Shown here: piece by piece, positions 21,569-29,959 of the stretch
Numbering within the stretch: position 1 is the stretch's first letter
Layout of the letters: every line of letters starts with the position of its first letter
Origin: an uncultured Eubacteriales bacterium
GTDB lineage: Bacteria > Bacillota > Clostridia > Christensenellales > CAG-138
DNA: 64,000 bases
NCBI GenBank assembly: GCA_902792295.1
Contig: CADAZC010000001.1
Coordinates: 290 to 64,289, forward strand
Direction: 5' to 3'
Notes under the pieces: model-generated
The model's input: the letters and a program-made list of their open reading frames with translations, nothing else
Database searches by the model: none
What the model was told of the DNA's origin: nothing
Made by a program: the position numbers and the translations under genes

Positions 21569-22576
21569 ATGTATACGGGATCCGGAATCATCAAGATCTT
21601 TGCAGGCAGAACGGGCAAGCCGTTTGCACAGCGTATGTGTGATTATCTCGGTGCGCAGATGGGCAGCGCGACGACGATCATGTTTGATGAGGGCAACATT
21701 TTCGTCCGCATCAATGAATCAATCCGCGACAAGGACGTTTATATCGTACAGCCGATCGGCCGTGAGCCGAACGACGAGTTCACCGAGCTGCTCTTCTGGA
21801 TCGACGCGTTCAAGCGCTCCAGCGCAAACTCCGTTACCGCAATTATTCCGTATTTCTCCTACGCAAAGGGCGATAAAAAGGACGAACCGCGCGTTTCCAT
21901 CCGCGCCCGCGTCTGCGCGGACTGCATCGAAACGATTGGCGTCGACCGCGTGCTGTTCATGGACCTGCATGCGGATCAGGTCGTGGGCTTCTTCAAGAAG
22001 CCGGTCGACCATCTGTCCGCCCGTCCTCTGCTCATCGAATATGTCAAGCGTCAGGGCATCGTGGACGACGATCTCGTCGTGGTATCCCCGGACGCGGGCA
22101 GCGCAAAGCGCGCGCATGCGTTTGCGACCGCGCTCGGCGCAAGCGTTGCGATCGGCGACAAGACGCGTTACGACCATAAGAGCGACGCGAAGGTGCTGAA
22201 CATCATCGGCGACGTAAAGGACAAGAACTGCCTTGTCGTCGACGACTTTTCCATCACGGGCGGTACGCTCGTCGACGTGGCGCGCGCACTGCGCGAGAAC
22301 GGCGCGAAGCACGTATACGGCGCGCTCTCCCACAACGTCATGACGCAGAAGGCGGTCCGCCGCATCGAGGAAAGCGACTATGAATGGCTGGTTTCCACCG
22401 ATACGCTCGAATGTCCGTTCATGAACGAGAGCACGAAGCTCCGTACGATTTCGGCGGCGCCGATGTTCGCACAGGCGGTCAAGACGATCCACGACCGCGC
22501 GCCGATGAGCTCGATGTTCGATCACCGCGTGCTGAAGCGGCTGATGGACATGAGCATCGAAACGCCGGAAGACTGA
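21569..22576 (+). CDS. prs: ribose-phosphate pyrophosphokinase
   Basis: IKIFAGRTGKPFAQ, DLHADQVVGFF, PRPP loop VVDDFSITGGTL. The upstream part of ORF 21314 overlaps sigK and is not coding. Confidence 0.85.
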   Translation: MYTGSGIIKIFAGRTGKPFAQRMCDYLGAQMGSATTIMFDEGNIFVRINESIRDKDVYIVQPIGREPNDEFTELLFWIDAFKRSSANSVTAIIPYFSYAKGDKKDEPRVSIRARVCADCIETIGVDRVLFMDLHADQVVGFFKKPVDHLSARPLLIEYVKRQGIVDDDLVVVSPDAGSAKRAHAFATALGASVAIGDKTRYDHKSDAKVLNIIGDVKDKNCLVVDDFSITGGTLVDVARALRENGAKHVYGALSHNVMTQKAVRRIEESDYEWLVSTDTLECPFMNESTKLRTISAAPMFAQAVKTIHDRAPMSSMFDHRVLKRLMDMSIETPED

Positions 22577-22592
22577 TCCGAATGAAACGAGA

Positions 22593-22623
22593 GGGAAACG
22601 AAGAAATCGTTTCCCTTTTTGCA
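22593..22623 (+). terminator. intrinsic terminator after prs
   Basis: GGGAAACG / CGTTTCCC stem followed by TTTTTG. Confidence 0.75.
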
Positions 22624-22679
22624 ACCTTTTTTCGTTCCGTGCGGTATTATTGGCGTAGAACACAAAGGGAGAAGCGAGT

Positions 22680-22958
22680 ATGAAACAGCAAAAGCTTTCC
22701 GGCTACGCGCCGAAATATCCGAAAAAAGTCGCAGCGCTCGCCGCAGCGGCGCTGGTTGCGCTCGGCGCCGCGACGGGATGCCGCTATATTGAGCCGCAGA
22801 TCATGGGCGACATTGCGATCGAGGAGCCGACGCCCGACGAGGATGTGCAGCTTGAGGGCTACATGATGCCGGAAGAAACGCCGGTCGAGGAGCCGACGCC
22901 GGATCCGGAGGAGGTTATGCTTTCGGGCGACGTTATGATCATTGATGATATGCCGTAA
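22680..22958 (+). CDS. small acidic lipoprotein-like protein, paralog 1 (candidate rSAM substrate)
   Basis: 92 aa. RBS AAGGGAG. Basic N-terminus with YAPKYPKKV, a hydrophobic stretch ending ATGC, and an Asp/Glu/Pro/Thr-rich tail with repeated h-x-G-x-hhh motifs. Confidence 0.65.
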   Translation: MKQQKLSGYAPKYPKKVAALAAAALVALGAATGCRYIEPQIMGDIAIEEPTPDEDVQLEGYMMPEETPVEEPTPDPEEVMLSGDVMIIDDMP

Positions 22959-22969
22959 GGAGAAACGAA

Positions 22970-23260
22970 ATGAAACGGGATCAGGTCAAAGAATACCGTC
23001 CGAACTATCCGAAAAAAGTGTTGTGCGGCGCGATCCTCACGACTGCGGCCGCAGTGGCGCTGATGGGCACGACCGGCTGCGAACTGCTTCGCACGGGCGG
23101 CATGCCGGAACCGGTGCCGACCGATGAGCTTGTTCTGGACGGCGAAGTGGCATATGACGACACCGAGCTGCTCCCCGAGGGCGAGCCGGACGGATCGGGT
23201 GAAGGAGAGCCCGCGCTGATGGGCAAGATCGTCGTGCCGGAAGACACGCCGGAACCGTAA
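22970..23260 (+). CDS. small acidic lipoprotein-like protein, paralog 2 (candidate rSAM substrate)
   Basis: 96 aa. RBS AAGGAG. YRPNYPKKV, a hydrophobic stretch ending TTGC, and an acidic Pro-rich tail. Shares the 14-mer TATCCGAAAAAAGT with paralog 1. Confidence 0.65.
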   Translation: MKRDQVKEYRPNYPKKVLCGAILTTAAAVALMGTTGCELLRTGGMPEPVPTDELVLDGEVAYDDTELLPEGEPDGSGEGEPALMGKIVVPEDTPEP

Positions 23261-23269
23261 GGAGCGATT

Positions 23270-24349
23270 ATGAACTTTACTTTACATCTGACGGCAGACT
23301 GTAATTTGGCCTGCCGTTATTGTTACGAAACACACGGAAAACAGCACATGACGGAGGAGACGGCGAAAAAAGCCGTCGATCTTGCGTTCTCGTTCGGACA
23401 CGAAAAGAACGGGTTTTCGCTGTTCGGCGGCGAGCCGCTTCTGGAGCGCCCTTTGGTCGAAACGATCTGCCGGTATGCGGCGCAGAAGGCAGAGGAGACG
23501 GGAACGGAGCTCCGGTTCAAGATGACGACGAACGGAACGCTTCTGGACGAGCCGTTTCTGCGGTTTGCAAACGAACATAAGCTCGATATCGCGCTGTCAC
23601 ACGACGGGCTTTTGCAGGACGTACAGCGCGTCACGCGCGACGGAAGCCCGACCGCGGCGCGGCTGGAGCCGATCGTCGATCTGCTGCTCCGATATCAGCC
23701 GAACGCGGTCGCGATGCAGACGGTGATGCCGTCGACGGTCGACCGGATGGCGGAGTCGGTCGAATGGCTGTATCGGCGCGGGTTTTCACGGATCAACACG
23801 GCGATCGACTATCGCAGGGACGCCGGATGGGACGACGCCTCAATGGCGGTTTTGAAGACGCAGTACGAGCGGATCTCCGATCTGTGCGACAAACACTTCG
23901 ACGACGCGCGCCCTTTGCAGTATCTGAACTTCTGGTCCAAGATCGCGGCGTACCTGAACGACCGTCCGTGCCTGGAATGCAAGCTCGGCATGCGGCAGCC
24001 CTCGGTTGCGCCGGACGGGGCGATCTATCCGTGCAACCAGTTTCTGGACGATCCCGATTACCGCATGGGCGACGTAAGAAACGGGATCGACAAAGAAAAG
24101 CAGCGATCGATCTATCTCGCTTCGCTGGCCCCCGAACCGGACTGTGAGGGCTGCGCGATCGCCGATCGCTGCCGTCACCACTGCGCCTGTCTGAACTATT
24201 CGCTGACCGGCAGGATGCACGAGGTCGCGCCGGTGCAGTGCGAGCACGAGCGGATTTTGATTCCGATCGCGGACGGACTTGCGGAGCGGCTGTATGCGCG
24301 CAGCAGCGCACGGTTTCTTTTGAACTACCGCGACGATCCGCTGGATTGA
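23270..24349 (+). CDS. radical SAM enzyme with full SPASM domain
   Basis: CNLACRYC at residues 11-18 (CX3CX2C). C-terminal CKLGMRQPSVAPDGAIYPC (C-X12-G-X4-C) and CEGCAIADRCRHHC (C-X2-C-X5-C-X3-C). 359 aa with no N-terminal RRE-sized extension. Confidence 0.85.
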   Translation: MNFTLHLTADCNLACRYCYETHGKQHMTEETAKKAVDLAFSFGHEKNGFSLFGGEPLLERPLVETICRYAAQKAEETGTELRFKMTTNGTLLDEPFLRFANEHKLDIALSHDGLLQDVQRVTRDGSPTAARLEPIVDLLLRYQPNAVAMQTVMPSTVDRMAESVEWLYRRGFSRINTAIDYRRDAGWDDASMAVLKTQYERISDLCDKHFDDARPLQYLNFWSKIAAYLNDRPCLECKLGMRQPSVAPDGAIYPCNQFLDDPDYRMGDVRNGIDKEKQRSIYLASLAPEPDCEGCAIADRCRHHCACLNYSLTGRMHEVAPVQCEHERILIPIADGLAERLYARSSARFLLNYRDDPLD

Positions 24350-24360
24350 ACGGCTTTCCC

Positions 24361-24388
24361 GCGCCGGATGCGTTCCGGCGCTTTTTTT
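24361..24388 (+). terminator. intrinsic terminator after the rSAM gene
   Basis: GCGCCGGA / TCCGGCGC stem followed by TTTTTTT. Confidence 0.8.
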
Positions 24389-24508
24389 CTGTCGAAAAAA
24401 GCACTTGACAGAGAAAGTTTCTTATGATATTGTAATTTTTTCATTTGACAGGACGCCGTTTTTTCCGTTATAATATATTTGTTGATAAGACGGGAAGGAG
24501 GGAGTCCG

Positions 24509-24982
24509 GTGTTTCAGATCGGGGATCTCGTCTGCTATCCGATGCACGGCGTCGGCGTGGTGGAAGCGATCGAAGAACAAACCATACTCGGCGAAACGGC
24601 GCAGTATTACCGGCTGCGGTTCACCATCGGTCGGATGACGGCGATGGTTCCCGTGGAGCGGGCACAGGAAGTCGGACTCCGTGCACTCGCGGACGAAAAG
24701 ATGTGCGAAAAGGTCGTCGGTTTTCTGCAGACGGACGAGTGCTCCGCGGAAAGCGACAACTGGAATCAGCGGTACCGTGACAATCTGGACAAGCTGCGCG
24801 GCGGCGATATCATGGTTGTGGCGGATGTGGTCAAGTGCCTGATGCGGCGCGACCGCGAACGCGGACTTTCCGCGGGCGAGCGCAAGATGTATCTGACCGC
24901 GCGTCAGGTGCTGGTCGCGGAGCTTGCCGCGGCAACCGAAACGGACGAATCGAACTTTCTTCCGCTGGTCGGCGCGAAATAA
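24509..24982 (+). CDS. CarD/CdnL family transcriptional regulator
   Basis: FQIGDLVCYPMHGVGVVEAIEE...YYRLRF. GTG at 24509 follows GGAGGGAG. Two TTGACA-type promoters lie upstream at about 24405-24470. Confidence 0.8.
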   Translation: MFQIGDLVCYPMHGVGVVEAIEEQTILGETAQYYRLRFTIGRMTAMVPVERAQEVGLRALADEKMCEKVVGFLQTDECSAESDNWNQRYRDNLDKLRGGDIMVVADVVKCLMRRDRERGLSAGERKMYLTARQVLVAELAAATETDESNFLPLVGAK

Positions 24983-25107
24983 AAGCGCATCGGCGGTCTG
25001 AGCGCGGAAGCGCTCCTTTTTCTTTTCGGGCGAAGGTTTTTCTTGACAAATGCGCCGGATTCCCGTATTATATATTTTGTTTTTCAAGGCGAAAGGAGAA
25101 CGATATT

Positions 25108-26286
25108 ATGGCAGGTACGATTTCAAGAGGCATCAAAGCGCCGATCATCCGCCAGGGCGACGACATCGTAAAAATCGTTGCGGATTCGGTTCTGACCGCG
25201 GCGAAGGAAGACGGCTTTACGCTGCATGACCGCGACGTGATCGCGGTGACGGAAGCAGTCGTCGCGCGTGCGGACGGCAATTACTGCACGGTGGACGACA
25301 TCTCCGCGGACGTACGCGAAAAGCTCGGCGACACGCTGGGCGTCGTGTTCCCGATCATGAGCCGCAACCGCTTCGCGATCTGCCTTCGCGGCATCGCGCG
25401 CGGCGCAAAGAAGGTCATCGTTCAGCTGTCCTATCCGGCGGACGAGGAGGGCAACCACCTGATCGACGAGGACGCGCTTTTCGACGCGGGTGTAAACCCC
25501 TATTCGGACGTATTCACGGAAGCGGAATTCGTCGAAAAGTTCGGCGATCCGTGCCATCCGTTCACGGGCGTGAACTACCTTTCGTATTACCGGTCGCTGA
25601 TCGAGGAGGAGGGCGCGGAAGCGGTGATCCTGCTTGCAAACGATCCGACGGCGATCCTGAGCCATACCGACAGCGTGCTGTGCTGCAACATCCACGAGCG
25701 CGAACGTACCGCGCGCAGGGTGAAGAAAGCCGGCGCAAAGCGCGTTCTGACCCTGTGCGACATCATGAACGTCTCCCGGAACGGCAGCGGCTATCAGCCG
25801 GATTACGGTCTTCTGGGTTCGAACAAGGCGACGGAAAACCTTGTCAAGCTGTTCCCGAAAAACGCGCGTGAGGTTGCGGAAGCGATTCAGAAGGAAGTCA
25901 TCGCACGTACCGGCGTGCACGTCGAAGCGATGGTCTACGGCGACGGCGCGTTCAAGGATCCGGTGGGCAAGATCTGGGAGCTTGCCGATCCGGTGGTTTC
26001 TCCGGGCTATACCGACGGGCTCATCGGGCTTCCGAACGAGCTGAAGCTCAAGTATCTTGCGGACAACGAATTCAAAGCGCTTTCGGGCGAGGAACTGACC
26101 GCTGCGATCCGCGCGCGCATCCGCGAAAAGGAAAAGAATCTGAAGGGACAGATGGATTCCCAGGGCACGACGCCGCGTCGGCTGACCGACCTTATCGGCT
26201 CGCTGTGCGATCTGACGAGCGGCAGCGGCGATAAGGGAACCCCGATCGTGCTGGTGCAGAATTACTTTAACAACTACGCAGACTGA
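25108..26286 (+). CDS. F420-0:gamma-glutamyl ligase (CofE)-like domain protein, long form
   Basis: ISRGIKAPIIRQGDDIVKIV...DRDVIAVTEAVVARADGNY resembles the F420_ligase fold. 392 aa from the ATG at 25108 (RBS AAAGGAGAA). Promoter TTGACA-17-TATTAT at about 25043. Confidence 0.5.
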   Translation: MAGTISRGIKAPIIRQGDDIVKIVADSVLTAAKEDGFTLHDRDVIAVTEAVVARADGNYCTVDDISADVREKLGDTLGVVFPIMSRNRFAICLRGIARGAKKVIVQLSYPADEEGNHLIDEDALFDAGVNPYSDVFTEAEFVEKFGDPCHPFTGVNYLSYYRSLIEEEGAEAVILLANDPTAILSHTDSVLCCNIHERERTARRVKKAGAKRVLTLCDIMNVSRNGSGYQPDYGLLGSNKATENLVKLFPKNAREVAEAIQKEVIARTGVHVEAMVYGDGAFKDPVGKIWELADPVVSPGYTDGLIGLPNELKLKYLADNEFKALSGEELTAAIRARIREKEKNLKGQMDSQGTTPRRLTDLIGSLCDLTSGSGDKGTPIVLVQNYFNNYAD

Positions 26287-26342
26287 GCTGCGGACCGTCC
26301 CGTGCGCATAGAAGCGCGGCAGGGAAAAACACCGCAAACAAA

Positions 26343-26366
26343 AGGACCGCTCATTTGAGCGGTCCT
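26343..26366. terminator. bidirectional hairpin terminator
   Basis: AGGACCGCTCA-TT-TGAGCGGTCCT between convergent genes. Confidence 0.7.
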
Positions 26367-26380
26367 CTGACGTTTTGGGA

Positions 26381-26755
26381 TTACGCCTGCTTTGCCGCCT
26401 TCCTTGCGGCTTTGCGCTGCTCGAGACGGGAGACCCAGATCGCGCAGGTTGCGTCGCCCGTGATGTTCAGCGTGGTACGGCCCATGTCGAAGATCTTGTC
26501 GACGCCGATGATCAGCGCGAGCGAGCCGATGATCATCGGACCGTTGACCGCGACGACGTTTGCCATCAGGCAGAAGACGCCGATCGGCTTCAGCCAGTTC
26601 GTCGTGAAATTGACCATCGGCTCCTTCCACTCGGGATGGTTGACCCAGCCCGGGAGCCAGAGACACATGAGCCCCACAAGGATTCCGGCGAACATGCCGA
26701 TCAGAATTCACAGCGGCAGCAGAGAACGTTTCTTTTTCGGTTGGTTTGTCTCCAT
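26381..26755 (-). pseudogene. decayed dicarboxylate/amino acid:cation symporter (DAACS) relic
   Basis: ATG at 26755 with a GGAGGAA RBS gives METNQPKKKRSLLPL, then an in-frame TGA (26710-26708), then ILIGMFAGILVGL...GVDKIFDMGRTTLNITGDA. Only the N-terminal TM1 region and the C-terminal HP2/TM8 signature remain, about 124 codons versus about 420 expected. Confidence 0.7.
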
Positions 26756-26989
26756 AGTATTTCCTCCGTTATCATTTTGCGGCGGATCGATCCATACTTT
26801 CCCCAAAGCGCGCGGCTATCCTCCGAAAAGGAACGACCTACCGACATTATTATCTCATAATCATACGGAAAAATCATGAAAAAAACGGGATGATTATGCA
26901 GAAACTGTATAAAATGATCGGGTCGCCGAATATTTTGGGACAATAAAAGCGGTACGGTGTTCTTTCCGTGCCGCTTTTATCCGGAGGAA

Positions 26990-27691
26990 CTACACAAGCG
27001 CGGGGTTCGTATCCGCCGCGTTTGACAGAACTTCATGGATCAGTCGCTGACCGGCATCGTTCGGGTGGATGCCGTCGGCGCAGAGGTAGGGGAGCAGGGC
27101 GCGCTTTTCGAGGAACGCGCTGCGAAGGTCGACAAGGAAGCATCCCGTTTCCGCAGCGAGCCGTTCGATCGCAAGCGAGTATTTCTCCTGATAGCGATAG
27201 ATCGCGTTCGCGTCGCCGAGCCACAGCAGGATGTTTTCCTTGGACAGCCCGTCGCGCGTGATCCAGTCGAGGTAGCGCTCCGAGGAGATCGGCGGGAGCG
27301 TGGAGAGCACCGGCTTCACATGATGTGCGCGCAGCGTTTCGATCATGCGGCGCAGCGTTTCCGTAAAGACCGGCAGCGGCGTGTTCGGCTCGTGTTCGTC
27401 GAACGGATGCGCCGCGACCTCCGCCCAGCGAAAGTCCGCGTCGTTGCCGCCGTACTCCAGAAGCACCGCGGCGGGCGTCTCGCCCTTTTCGAGCTGGCGG
27501 TTCAGAAGCAGCTCGCCTTTTTGGATCGTACAGCCGAAGCGGGAACGATTGTCGAGGATCCAGTCATGGCGTTCTGCAATGGATTCCAGCCCGATATCGT
27601 CCGTTGTGCCGTAGCGCGTCGTGCCCGAGAGCATGCGCACGCCCTTCAGGATCGAGTCGCCGAAAATGGAAATGACACGTTTTTTTTGCAT
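26990..27691 (-). CDS. SGNH/GDSL-family hydrolase
   Basis: Block I FGDSILKG, block III GGND, block V DGIHPN; 233 aa. Confidence 0.75.
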   Translation of the reverse strand: MQKKRVISIFGDSILKGVRMLSGTTRYGTTDDIGLESIAERHDWILDNRSRFGCTIQKGELLLNRQLEKGETPAAVLLEYGGNDADFRWAEVAAHPFDEHEPNTPLPVFTETLRRMIETLRAHHVKPVLSTLPPISSERYLDWITRDGLSKENILLWLGDANAIYRYQEKYSLAIERLAAETGCFLVDLRSAFLEKRALLPYLCADGIHPNDAGQRLIHEVLSNAADTNPALV

Positions 27692-27720
27692 TTGAGACCT
27701 CCGTATGACGCAATTCGCTC

Positions 27721-27749
27721 TTGCAATAAAACCGTTCTGCCATTATAAT
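27721..27749 (+). promoter_or_regulatory. sigma-A-like promoter with about 128-nt structured leader
   Basis: TTGCAA-17-TATAAT. The leader contains hairpins CGGGC/GCCCG and GGTAGAG/CTCTACC. Confidence 0.5.
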
Positions 27750-27883
27750 AGACACATCGTTATAAAATTGCACCCTATTCGGAAGGACCGGGCGTCTATT
27801 GCCCGAAAACGGTTCGGTAGAGACGGAGAATGACAGCTCTACCGGGAGTAGAGTCCGGACAATCAGGGCGTTTTGAGGGTTAT

Positions 27884-28513
27884 ATGGAAGAAAACAGAAT
27901 TCGTACCGTGCTTGCGGAAAAGCTGACCGCGTATCGGAAACGCGCCGGAATGACGCAGGCGGAGCTTGCCGAAAAGCTGAATTATTCGGATAAATCCATC
28001 TCAAAGTGGGAGCGCGGGGACGGCATGCCGGACCTTTTGGTGCTGTGCCGCCTTGCCGATCTCTATGACGTACCGCTCGACGCGTTTTTGCGCGAAGGAC
28101 CTTTGGTCCGGTCACAGGCGGAGCAGAAAAGCCGTCACATCATCATCACGCTGATCTCGATCGGGCTCGTGTTTTTCATTGCCGCGATCGGGTTCTTCGT
28201 GTGCTATCTTTTGAAGGTTCCGGTGCGCTGGCTGGCGTTCGTCTATGCCGTGCCGGTGAGCATGATCCTGCTCGTCGTTTTCAGCCATAAGTGGAGTACG
28301 CTGCTGTGGCAGGCGCTTTCGGTGTCCGGGCTTGTCTGGACGCTGTGCGCGGCGGTCTATATCTCCTTCGTTGCGATCGGCGGCATCCAAAAGGTCGCCA
28401 TGCTGTTCATGGTCGCCGCCGTCTTTCAGGTGCTGATCATCCTCTGGTACGTGCTGATGCTGGTCCGCAAGCGCAACAAGGCGCGAAAGGAAGCCGATCA
28501 TGTTCTGTCCTGA
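27884..28513 (+). CDS. XRE-family HTH regulator fused to a 4-TM membrane domain
   Basis: LAEKLTAYRKRAGMTQAELAEKLNYSDKSISKWERG followed by hydrophobic helices. ATG at 27884 follows GAGGG. Confidence 0.75.
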   Translation: MEENRIRTVLAEKLTAYRKRAGMTQAELAEKLNYSDKSISKWERGDGMPDLLVLCRLADLYDVPLDAFLREGPLVRSQAEQKSRHIIITLISIGLVFFIAAIGFFVCYLLKVPVRWLAFVYAVPVSMILLVVFSHKWSTLLWQALSVSGLVWTLCAAVYISFVAIGGIQKVAMLFMVAAVFQVLIILWYVLMLVRKRNKARKEADHVLS

Positions 28514-28910
28514 ATGCGGACGTCCGCTGCCGGACGAAACGGTCCGGACCTGTCCGGTCTGCGGAACGGCGTTCGAGATCCCCGAACAGCCGGCGGTTTC
28601 GGAGCCGGAGCATAAAAGCTCCAAGCGCAGCAGAGCGGCGCTGCTCCTGGGCGCGGGCACGTTCGTGTTCGGCATGCTGACGCTGCTCGGAAAACTTATG
28701 CGGTTCGATCTCCGGATTATGTACGCAACCGCTGCAATGACGTTTTTCTTTGCGCCGCTTGCCTGCGTGCTCGGCATCCTCGGGATCGCCGCGCGCGTCA
28801 AAAGCCCCGAAAAGCGCGGTCTGCCCTCGGCGATCATCGGACTCGTTCTCGGGCTCGTGTTCGGACTTCTTGCGGCGTACTGCCTGTTCCTCAGAATCTT
28901 CCGCGCATAA
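28500..28910 (+). CDS. zinc-ribbon domain membrane protein
   Basis: MFCPECGRPL...CPVCG followed by 3-4 TM helices. Overlaps the upstream gene by 14 nt. Confidence 0.65.
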   Translation: MFCPECGRPLPDETVRTCPVCGTAFEIPEQPAVSEPEHKSSKRSRAALLLGAGTFVFGMLTLLGKLMRFDLRIMYATAAMTFFFAPLACVLGILGIAARVKSPEKRGLPSAIIGLVLGLVFGLLAAYCLFLRIFRA

Positions 28911-28932
28911 GCAAATCATTCATCGCGAAAAC

Positions 28933-28962
28933 AAACTCCCGATCAAAAAACGGGAGTTTTTT
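28933..28962 (+). terminator. intrinsic terminator
   Basis: ACTCCCG / CGGGAGT stem followed by TTTTT. Confidence 0.75.
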
Positions 28963-28975
28963 ATGATTGCAGATT

Positions 28976-29052
28976 TTTTACGATAAACGTAAAAAATATG
29001 TTGACAAACGCAAAAACGTGTGTTATCCTATATTCGAAAGATAACGATAAAC
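28976..29052 (+). promoter_or_regulatory. promoter with flanking operator-like repeats for the DUF2975/YozG pair
   Basis: Inverted repeat TTTTACG-ATAAA-CGTAAAA (28976-28994). TTGACA (29001)-17-TATCCT (29024). The 9-mer ACGATAAAC occurs at 28980 and 29044. Confidence 0.45.
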
Positions 29053-29083
29053 ATTAAATAATTAACGAAAATAGGAGGTACAT

Positions 29084-29950
29084 ATGAACACTTCTATCAA
29101 AAAGAAAGTTAACCTTCTCGGCCTGATCGGTATGATCATCGCGATCATTATGGCCATCACCGGAATCTTTTACGGGGCACAGATCATCAAAGAGAACATC
29201 ATTGTCATTCGTGACAGTCACAAGAGCAGTATAGATGCACTCATCCTGGACAATCTGGGAATGGGTCTGGAACCTTATGTATTTGTTCAGGAAGGCAACA
29301 CGTTCTATTTCTATGATATCCCGGAGGATGCAGAACCTGTCGATCTGCAGGACGGTAATACTGAAATTCCGGAAAATGCAACACTAATTCATGCATCGGA
29401 TGGAACAACATATTTAACTTATCAGATCACTGATGATGATCATCCGGCTTTTTCGCGGGAAGACAACACGTTTACTTTTGAACCCTCGAAAAACTGCTAT
29501 TTCTCTACAACGGTGGATGATCCGGAGGCGTATGTTGCAGAATTAAAATCAAAAGTCACTTATTCCAATTTTCTCGCGATTGGGCAGATTATTGGGTCCC
29601 TGAACGCGATTGCAGTCTATGTATTTCTTATCCTTGCCGCGGATGCCTTCCGTCGCTGCGACAATCCGTTTGAAGAACGGGTAATCCGCCGCTTGAGAAT
29701 CTTTGCCTGGGTCCTGCTCGCACATTATCTGATCAGCGCACTTTTCTCGCTGGCAGGGACGTTCTTCCCTTATCTATTCCACTATGGCTATGAAATTGTG
29801 TATCCTGTCACGAAAAGCGGTTCACTGGAACTGCTCATGTCCGTGGTTTCAACGTTTACATCGCTTCTTATCCCGATGATCATGCTGTTCATAGTTCGCG
29901 TCTTCCGACATGGCGCGGAACTGCAGAAGGAATCCGACGAAACGCTGTGA
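29084..29950 (+). CDS. DUF2975-like polytopic membrane protein (low-GC gene)
   Basis: 288 aa with TM helices at the N-terminus and in the C-terminal third. Lies directly upstream of a YozG-type HTH gene, the usual DUF2975 context. RBS AGGAGG. Confidence 0.55.
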   Translation: MNTSIKKKVNLLGLIGMIIAIIMAITGIFYGAQIIKENIIVIRDSHKSSIDALILDNLGMGLEPYVFVQEGNTFYFYDIPEDAEPVDLQDGNTEIPENATLIHASDGTTYLTYQITDDDHPAFSREDNTFTFEPSKNCYFSTTVDDPEAYVAELKSKVTYSNFLAIGQIIGSLNAIAVYVFLILAADAFRRCDNPFEERVIRRLRIFAWVLLAHYLISALFSLAGTFFPYLFHYGYEIVYPVTKSGSLELLMSVVSTFTSLLIPMIMLFIVRVFRHGAELQKESDETL

Positions 29951-29959
29951 GGTGATCGT

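Noticed and set aside
26708-26710. In-frame TGA in the symporter relic as possible selenocysteine or recoding.
   Set aside because: A weak hairpin can be drawn just downstream (ATTC..CGGC-ATGTTC-GCCG-GAAT). However, the codon lies in the TM1 region of a transporter, where Sec has no precedent. The gene has also lost about 300 internal codons, and TGA is used as an ordinary stop throughout the window. A nonsense mutation in a pseudogene is the simpler reading.
26756-26989. AT-richer gap upstream of the symporter relic, examined for a T-box or riboswitch, or a small gene (80-aa ORF 26701-26943).
   Set aside because: There is no T-box or specifier features. The 80-aa ORF lacks an RBS and any recognisable motif, and it overlaps the relic's start region. 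The gap probably holds the old promoter/leader plus the SGNH gene terminator (about 26946-26980).
27750-27883. Structured leader of about 128 nt upstream of the membrane XRE regulator, examined as a possible riboswitch.
   Set aside because: Only short generic hairpins are present. I could not match it to any riboswitch consensus I know (purine, SAM, TPP, FMN, glycine, c-di-GMP, ZTP, T-box). An Infernal/Rfam scan would be needed to say more.
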